A stretch of DNA of 64,000 nt from a virus: positions 1 through 64,000 of IMG/VR virus record IMGVR_UViG_3300037225_000932, one strand, 5' to 3'. The notes beneath the pieces were generated by a model. The model searched no databases. It was not told where the DNA came from and worked only from the letters and a program-made list of their open reading frames with translations. Positions 58,537-64,000 of this stretch are shown in pieces (within the stretch, counting starts at the first letter, position 1; every line of letters begins with the position of its first letter). Position numbers and translations under genes: made by a program.

Positions 58537-60450
58537 ATGTTTCCAGCAAAATATTTTACAAAAAAATATTATCTTGGTAAGTATTTTCCCCCAAACACTC
58601 AGGGTATTGTTGTTCCATCTGTTATAAATTTAACAAAAGATAATGTTTTATTTATATATAACACAAATAGTGTAGACAGCTATAATGTTGCTTTACATTA
58701 TCAAAATATTCACAAATTAAATGATGACCAATTAATATCTATAAACTGTTCTAATACAGAAATACTTTTAGATTATTCTCATTTCCAATCTGAAGTAGAA
58801 AATCCAATAAAAACTGCTATAAATAATTCCAACTATAATATTTATATCATAGTGTTAGGATATAATGTTCCTGGTGGTTTTTATGATAATATTGATATAA
58901 TTTCTTCAACCTCCAGAATATCAAGAATATTTCAAACATATAGCAAAAAAAAAGCAAATCCACTATATAATAGACAAATATCAAGAAGATATTTAACTAC
59001 TGATTATCCAAAAGTTATTATAGCATCAAGAATTGATGCTCCAACTGTAGATGATGCTAAAAATATGATAGGATATAGCAAGGAATACACTGATCAGCAT
59101 TATGTTAATGGAAGATTTTATTTTGATCCATTTTCTGACATATCAGGATATAATTCAGATGAATATTCTGTTGATCTATTAAGTTTTTATAATAATTTAC
59201 TTTTTGATTTAAGTCTAGAAGTGTCTTCTACTGTATTTCAAGATACATATATAGATGTTGTTACTCCTTATTTAAAACATGATTCTATATATTGGGGATG
59301 GCTTACAGATAGATCAGATATTACATTTTTTAAGAATACAGACACCTCAAGAGTCTTTTTTTATAATGCTGATTTCGATTCCTCTTTTACCGTTAGAAAT
59401 ACTTTAATAGGTAATTTTTCTCCATTAGCTATTAAATCAGGTTATATTTCGTTATCTGGATCTATGTCTTATCCTGGTTTTGATAGTTTTCTTAGACCTA
59501 CTCCATTTTTTGAATCAATAAATGATGGAGCTACTCTTGGAGAAGCTTTTCTTTTTGCTTGTCCATTTTTAGATTGGACGATAGCTCTATTTGGAGATCC
59601 TTTAATAAGAATTAATTTTCCTGTTAATTCAAATATAGCCAACTCTTCAGTTTTAAAAGATATTTCTTTAGACAATAAAGAAGATGCTTGGCTACAAATG
59701 AGTATTATTTTAGCAAAAGCTATGGCTAGATATATAAATTCTGAATATTCAGCATTTAATATAAGACAAACGATAATAGATAGTGTAGATGTTATGGAAG
59801 AGGTTAATTTGTTATATCAATCTCATAATTTAGTGTTAGATACAAATGAAAGTGTAAGAACTACAACTTTTAGTAAATTATGTTCATTACTTTTTAGTTT
59901 ACTGAAAAATGAGATTATGCCTCAATCTGAGATCGTAAATAATATCAAATTTATAGATATTAATTCTTATTTTGAATATAAAAATTATAAAATTAGTAAA
60001 TTATTATCTGATATTTGTTATCTTTCTCAGTCTGTTTCTAATGTCTCTAATGTTGATAATTCTTTTTTTGGAGTTTTTGGTATTCAAGATAAATATTTAT
60101 ATGATGAAGGTTATTGGGAATTTTTAACTCTTATAATTAATGAGATTGAAGATCAGGAATATTATCATTTTGAAATGGATATATCTGATAAAAACGATTT
60201 TTCTAATATATTATTATCATTAGACTCCTCTGTCAACCAGTCTAACTGGTTTTACGAATACAAAACAAACGAATATAAAAGTTTACCATCAAGCGGTATA
60301 TCTTCAGCATATGCTGGATTCAATATTAAATACATAAGTAAAATGTCAGAATATCTTCAAAGAGGAATAGTTTATTATTACAGAATAAGACAGAAAACAA
60401 ATTCTATAAAATATAGTTATATTATTTCAGAACAGGTTATATACACATGA
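58537..60450 (+). CDS. TIGR03790-like domain protein, possibly virion-associated
   Basis: YNTNS.DS..VA.HY, IVL..VP, SRIDAP, GATLGEA..LFGDPL; lies upstream of the terminase. Confidence 0.5.
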   Translation: MFPAKYFTKKYYLGKYFPPNTQGIVVPSVINLTKDNVLFIYNTNSVDSYNVALHYQNIHKLNDDQLISINCSNTEILLDYSHFQSEVENPIKTAINNSNYNIYIIVLGYNVPGGFYDNIDIISSTSRISRIFQTYSKKKANPLYNRQISRRYLTTDYPKVIIASRIDAPTVDDAKNMIGYSKEYTDQHYVNGRFYFDPFSDISGYNSDEYSVDLLSFYNNLLFDLSLEVSSTVFQDTYIDVVTPYLKHDSIYWGWLTDRSDITFFKNTDTSRVFFYNADFDSSFTVRNTLIGNFSPLAIKSGYISLSGSMSYPGFDSFLRPTPFFESINDGATLGEAFLFACPFLDWTIALFGDPLIRINFPVNSNIANSSVLKDISLDNKEDAWLQMSIILAKAMARYINSEYSAFNIRQTIIDSVDVMEEVNLLYQSHNLVLDTNESVRTTTFSKLCSLLFSLLKNEIMPQSEIVNNIKFIDINSYFEYKNYKISKLLSDICYLSQSVSNVSNVDNSFFGVFGIQDKYLYDEGYWEFLTLIINEIEDQEYYHFEMDISDKNDFSNILLSLDSSVNQSNWFYEYKTNEYKSLPSSGISSAYAGFNIKYISKMSEYLQRGIVYYYRIRQKTNSIKYSYIISEQVIYT

Positions 60451-60824
60451 GCATTTCTTCTTTAGACTATAAAAGTATATCAGACAATATCTCTGATTTT
60501 ATAGATCAATACATAAATATGTATAATGATCTAAATAATATATTATCTTTAAATAATTCAATATCATCTAGTCTAATGAATTCATATACATATGCTATTG
60601 AAAATCAAACCAATCTAATGTTATTAGATATAAAAACTAATAACACAATATTGTATTCAGAAGATTTAAAATCTTTAGGTAATTCTTTACAAAATCATAT
60701 TATAAACTATTATGGAGATATTAATTCTTTTTTGAATAATAATTCGCTAAAAGTCAAACAGACTTTTGCTGATTTTTCTAATAGTTTAGGATATGAAATA
60801 GACCCATCAAATATAGAAATATAA
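60447..60824 (+). CDS. hypothetical protein
   Basis: ATGA overlap. Confidence 0.65.
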   Translation: MSISSLDYKSISDNISDFIDQYINMYNDLNNILSLNNSISSSLMNSYTYAIENQTNLMLLDIKTNNTILYSEDLKSLGNSLQNHIINYYGDINSFLNNNSLKVKQTFADFSNSLGYEIDPSNIEI

Positions 60825-60827
60825 AAA

Positions 60828-62705
60828 ATGGCAAAAAAATATACTACATTTTCTTCTATAATTAATAAAGCAAAAGATGAAATATCTTCTCAGTTTACAT
60901 CAAAACATAAAATACCAGATATTATAACTTTTTGTTATGATCCTGAATATTTAAATTTTTCCGGTCAAAATATAAAACTTAAACCATTTCAACAAATAAT
61001 GTTAAAAGTTATGTATAGAGGATCTGTTGGAAATGAAAATATAAAACTAACAGATGAAGAAATAGAATTATGTAAAAAAAACGGATTAGACTGTGTAGAT
61101 AATGGAAATGTTATTGGAAAATATAATTCCGGAGAAATTTTTAGAGAGTTAGTTTTAGTCTGGGGACGCAGGAGCGGTAAAGATTTTAAAATTTCTATTA
61201 TAGCGGCTTATGAGGCCATGAAACTTATAGAATGCGAAGGAGGAGACCCTTATGCTATTTATGGAATATCAAATGCTAACCCTATATCAATTTTAACGGT
61301 AGCTAACTCTAAAGATCAATCAGAAACAGCATTTAAAGAAATAAAACATAAAATATTAGATAGCAAATATTTTATGGACAAAATTGGACCAGATGGCATT
61401 GAAACACAAAGAATTTTTCTTCTTACTCCAAAAGATAGATTAGAAAATGAAAGATTTTTATCAAAAGGGTTTCCTTTAAAAAAAGGATCTATAGTTGTAG
61501 AAGTGGGTCATAGCAATTCAGACACATTACGCGGTAAACAGGTTTTCATTTTAATATTAGACGAAGTAGCAATGTATAAACAAACTGGAGGATCATCTTC
61601 TGGGGAACAAATATATACAGCATTATCTCCTACTCTTAACACTTTCAAAAAAAGAATTACTACTATAGATACAGATGGGAATATCATAAAAAATGAAAAT
61701 GGAGAAGATGTTTATACGATGGTTTATGATAGTAAAATAATAAGTATTTCTTCTCCACGAGGAGAAGAGGGCATTTTTTATAGGTTGTTTATTGAGGCCG
61801 ATAAGGTAAAAGAAAGATTAGCTTGCCGTCTTCCAACCTGGATAGTCGATCCAGACAACAGTGAAGAACGTTTAAGGGAAACAAATTCTCACTTAACAGA
61901 AGAACAATTTTTAATGGAGTTTGGAGCGGAATTCAGTGGAACTGGTGGAGAAAGTTTTTTCCCAAGACAAAAGGTAGAAGACTGTTTTACTCCAGGTTTT
62001 AATTTTAAAGAATGTGGAAAACCTGGTGAAATATATTTTGCTCATTTAGATCCAGCAACTTCCAGTCATAATTATGCTATAGTTATTCTTCATAAAAAAA
62101 TGTTTATGAACCAACAAACTAAACAAAACGATTTTTATATAGAAGTGGATCATATAAAATATTGGCACCCATTACCTGATAAACCTATTGATATAGACGT
62201 TGTAGATGATTATATTATGGGTCTAAAAAGAATGTTTTATTTAGGAATGGTTACTTATGATCAGTGGAATTCTGATAGAAGCATAAAAAGACTTAAACAA
62301 AATGGTATTCCAGCTAAAATGACAAGATTTACAAGAAGATATAAAATGATTATATATGATGAATTATATAATCTTATTATAGCTGGAAGATTAAAAATAC
62401 CAATTCATACTTTATTAAGAGGAGAGATGTTAAATATTCAAAGAAAATATATGCCTCCTGCTGGATATAAGGTTTATCCTAAAAGAGATGGAGACGTATA
62501 CACTGATGATATTCTGGATGCTCTGGCCGGAGCATGTTATAGTGCAATGCAGGTATCTTCTGTAAAATTGCCTTATGGTAAACTTATAAATACTGGCGTA
62601 ACTCCTACTTCAAATTCAAGAATGTGGCAAAGCATGAGTGGACCTATGGGTTTTGGCACTGGAGGACAGGTCGCTAACAGATTAGAAAAGAGAAACTTTA
62701 GATAA
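60828..62705 (+). CDS. terL: terminase large subunit
   Basis: WGRRSGKD Walker A, ILDEVA Walker B, SISSP motif III; nuclease AHLDPA, TYDQWNS, TDDILDALAG. Confidence 0.88.
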   Translation: MAKKYTTFSSIINKAKDEISSQFTSKHKIPDIITFCYDPEYLNFSGQNIKLKPFQQIMLKVMYRGSVGNENIKLTDEEIELCKKNGLDCVDNGNVIGKYNSGEIFRELVLVWGRRSGKDFKISIIAAYEAMKLIECEGGDPYAIYGISNANPISILTVANSKDQSETAFKEIKHKILDSKYFMDKIGPDGIETQRIFLLTPKDRLENERFLSKGFPLKKGSIVVEVGHSNSDTLRGKQVFILILDEVAMYKQTGGSSSGEQIYTALSPTLNTFKKRITTIDTDGNIIKNENGEDVYTMVYDSKIISISSPRGEEGIFYRLFIEADKVKERLACRLPTWIVDPDNSEERLRETNSHLTEEQFLMEFGAEFSGTGGESFFPRQKVEDCFTPGFNFKECGKPGEIYFAHLDPATSSHNYAIVILHKKMFMNQQTKQNDFYIEVDHIKYWHPLPDKPIDIDVVDDYIMGLKRMFYLGMVTYDQWNSDRSIKRLKQNGIPAKMTRFTRRYKMIIYDELYNLIIAGRLKIPIHTLLRGEMLNIQRKYMPPAGYKVYPKRDGDVYTDDILDALAGACYSAMQVSSVKLPYGKLINTGVTPTSNSRMWQSMSGPMGFGTGGQVANRLEKRNFR

Positions 62706-62771
62706 AATTAAAGGAAAATAGGAATAAAAAAAGTAGTAATAAATAAGTTAAAGTTTATATATCCATAAATA

Positions 62772-63593
62772 GTGGAGAAAAAAATGTTCAATTTAAAGAA
62801 ACACGCAGATAGTGTAATAAAATCAAGAGAAAAAGAACTTGATGATTTTGATAAAAAATACGATCATAAGACTCCCGATTATAAGGGTAATTACACTGAA
62901 TTATTAGAAGAAGTAAGGAAAAACAGTAAAGGAGATGCTATTACAGAAAAACAATTAGACAATAATAGAGTAGCTAAAACTAATGAGGTTGTTATAGAGA
63001 AATCTATGGACAAGGCAGATAAAGGAATAAACGGGATGAAACACAGGATCAAGACAGAAGATAGTCCTGGTCCTCTTATGGATTATTCAATAAAAGCAGA
63101 TAAAGAATACGAAAAAGAGTTTAAAAAAATTCAAGGATCTATAGATAGAGATACTGATTTTTGGGATAAATTTGTAGGAGAACAATTATTAGGTGAGCCT
63201 ACTAAAATAGTAGATAATTCACAATATAGTCAACTTTTATCTAATTATGAAAACAGAAAAGATTTTGCTGAGCATAAAAAGGAAGTTAAGAAAAAAGCAT
63301 CAGTTTTAAAAGATGCTGATGCTATGATATATTACATTTATAGAAATGCCGCTCAAGAAAAAAGAGAAATAAATAAAAATGAAGAGCAAATGATACAAGA
63401 TATTAGTAGTGGAAAAATTAGATTATTAGCAGAAACTAAAGAAGAACCAATAGAAAAAGAGGAAGCAAGAGAACAAATGACTATAAAAGCAGACGATTTA
63501 GAACAACAATTTGAAGAAGAACAAGAAATAAAAAGAGATGAAGAGCAAGAAAGGAAAAGAAAAATTAAAGAACAAGAAAAACTGGAATCATAA
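62772..63593 (+). CDS. hypothetical (possibly head-associated) protein
   Basis: Charged protein, likely start MFNLKKHA; follows the terminase. Confidence 0.65.
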   Translation: MEKKMFNLKKHADSVIKSREKELDDFDKKYDHKTPDYKGNYTELLEEVRKNSKGDAITEKQLDNNRVAKTNEVVIEKSMDKADKGINGMKHRIKTEDSPGPLMDYSIKADKEYEKEFKKIQGSIDRDTDFWDKFVGEQLLGEPTKIVDNSQYSQLLSNYENRKDFAEHKKEVKKKASVLKDADAMIYYIYRNAAQEKREINKNEEQMIQDISSGKIRLLAETKEEPIEKEEAREQMTIKADDLEQQFEEEQEIKRDEEQERKRKIKEQEKLES

Positions 63594-64000
63594 TGGCTAA
63601 TTTTTATAAGAAAATGATAAAAGTTTCTTTTAGGGGTAACACTCCACGAATAAGTGACGAAGATGACGCCCTGACTGATCCGTATAAGTCTAAAAGCGTT
63701 AATAACGAGAGGGGCACATTTGAACTAAATACTCCAGGAGACCAATCTGCTACTGGATTCGGAACGGATTATTATACAGATCATAAACAGCCACCAAAGG
63801 GCATTTCAGAAATAGAAGATAGAGCACTAAGAGAACCTTATGGAACAGATTTTGATGGGAATGATCCAAACTTAAATGATAAATATCCACTTATGGAAGG
63901 AAGTTCTAACCTATTTGATGATGAAAGTCCTCTTAGTAGATCTGCTATAATTAGTAGAAAAGAAAATGGCATAGATAGAGATAACACTTCCGTTGGACCA
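63593..64000 (+). CDS. hypothetical protein (partial, runs off window end)
   Basis: TAATG overlap; MANFYKKMIKVSFRGNTP.. open to the end of the window. Confidence 0.65.
   Translation, partial: MANFYKKMIKVSFRGNTPRISDEDDALTDPYKSKSVNNERGTFELNTPGDQSATGFGTDYYTDHKQPPKGISEIEDRALREPYGTDFDGNDPNLNDKYPLMEGSSNLFDDESPLSRSAIISRKENGIDRDNTSVGP

Noticed and set aside
1586-59675. Short antisense or overlapping ORFs in the track (e.g. 1586, 2178, 2284, 15712, 16957, 42519, 46056, 55681, 57574, 59469)
   Set aside because: They shadow well-supported genes or structured regions and show no motifs or SD sequences.
1-64000. Genome-wide TAG reassignment (genetic code 15)
   Set aside because: All long genes, including the terminase, are open in code 11; only the Pth-like gene has internal TAGs. 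Late genes outside the window cannot be judged.
1-64000. CRISPR array
   Set aside because: No regularly spaced direct repeats were seen.

Overview
Very AT-rich, gene-dense segment of a large (jumbo/huge-type) tailed phage genome. Phage hallmarks are a terminase large subunit, class II ribonucleotide reductase, dUTPase, SNF2-like helicase, a FliA/WhiG-type sigma factor, several HNH nucleases, phage tRNAs and a tmRNA. There are two glycosyl-/methyltransferase islands (1-10.1 kb and 28.1-40 kb) and two TnpB-only elements, one of which splits a TOPRIM primase-like gene. Signals the ORF track misses: (1) an amber-suppressor tRNA (anticodon CUA, 45284-45357) about 340 nt upstream of a peptidyl-tRNA-hydrolase-like gene interrupted by exactly two in-frame TAG codons (45697-46050), in a genome that otherwise reads in the standard code; (2) two tRNA-inside-tRNA arrangements, one being a tRNA-Gln split at its anticodon by an intact tRNA-Gln plus an HNH gene; (3) two families of short terminal peptides shared by unrelated proteins (MNWYK/MKIIKTA..K-x-A/S-Q, and hydrophobic-x-hydrophobic-x-Y-K on the glycan enzymes) that look like targeting signals; (4) two pseudoknot-rich non-coding regions. 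Several frameshifts fall in simple repeats and may be assembly errors. All family assignments come from motif recognition by eye, not from database searches.
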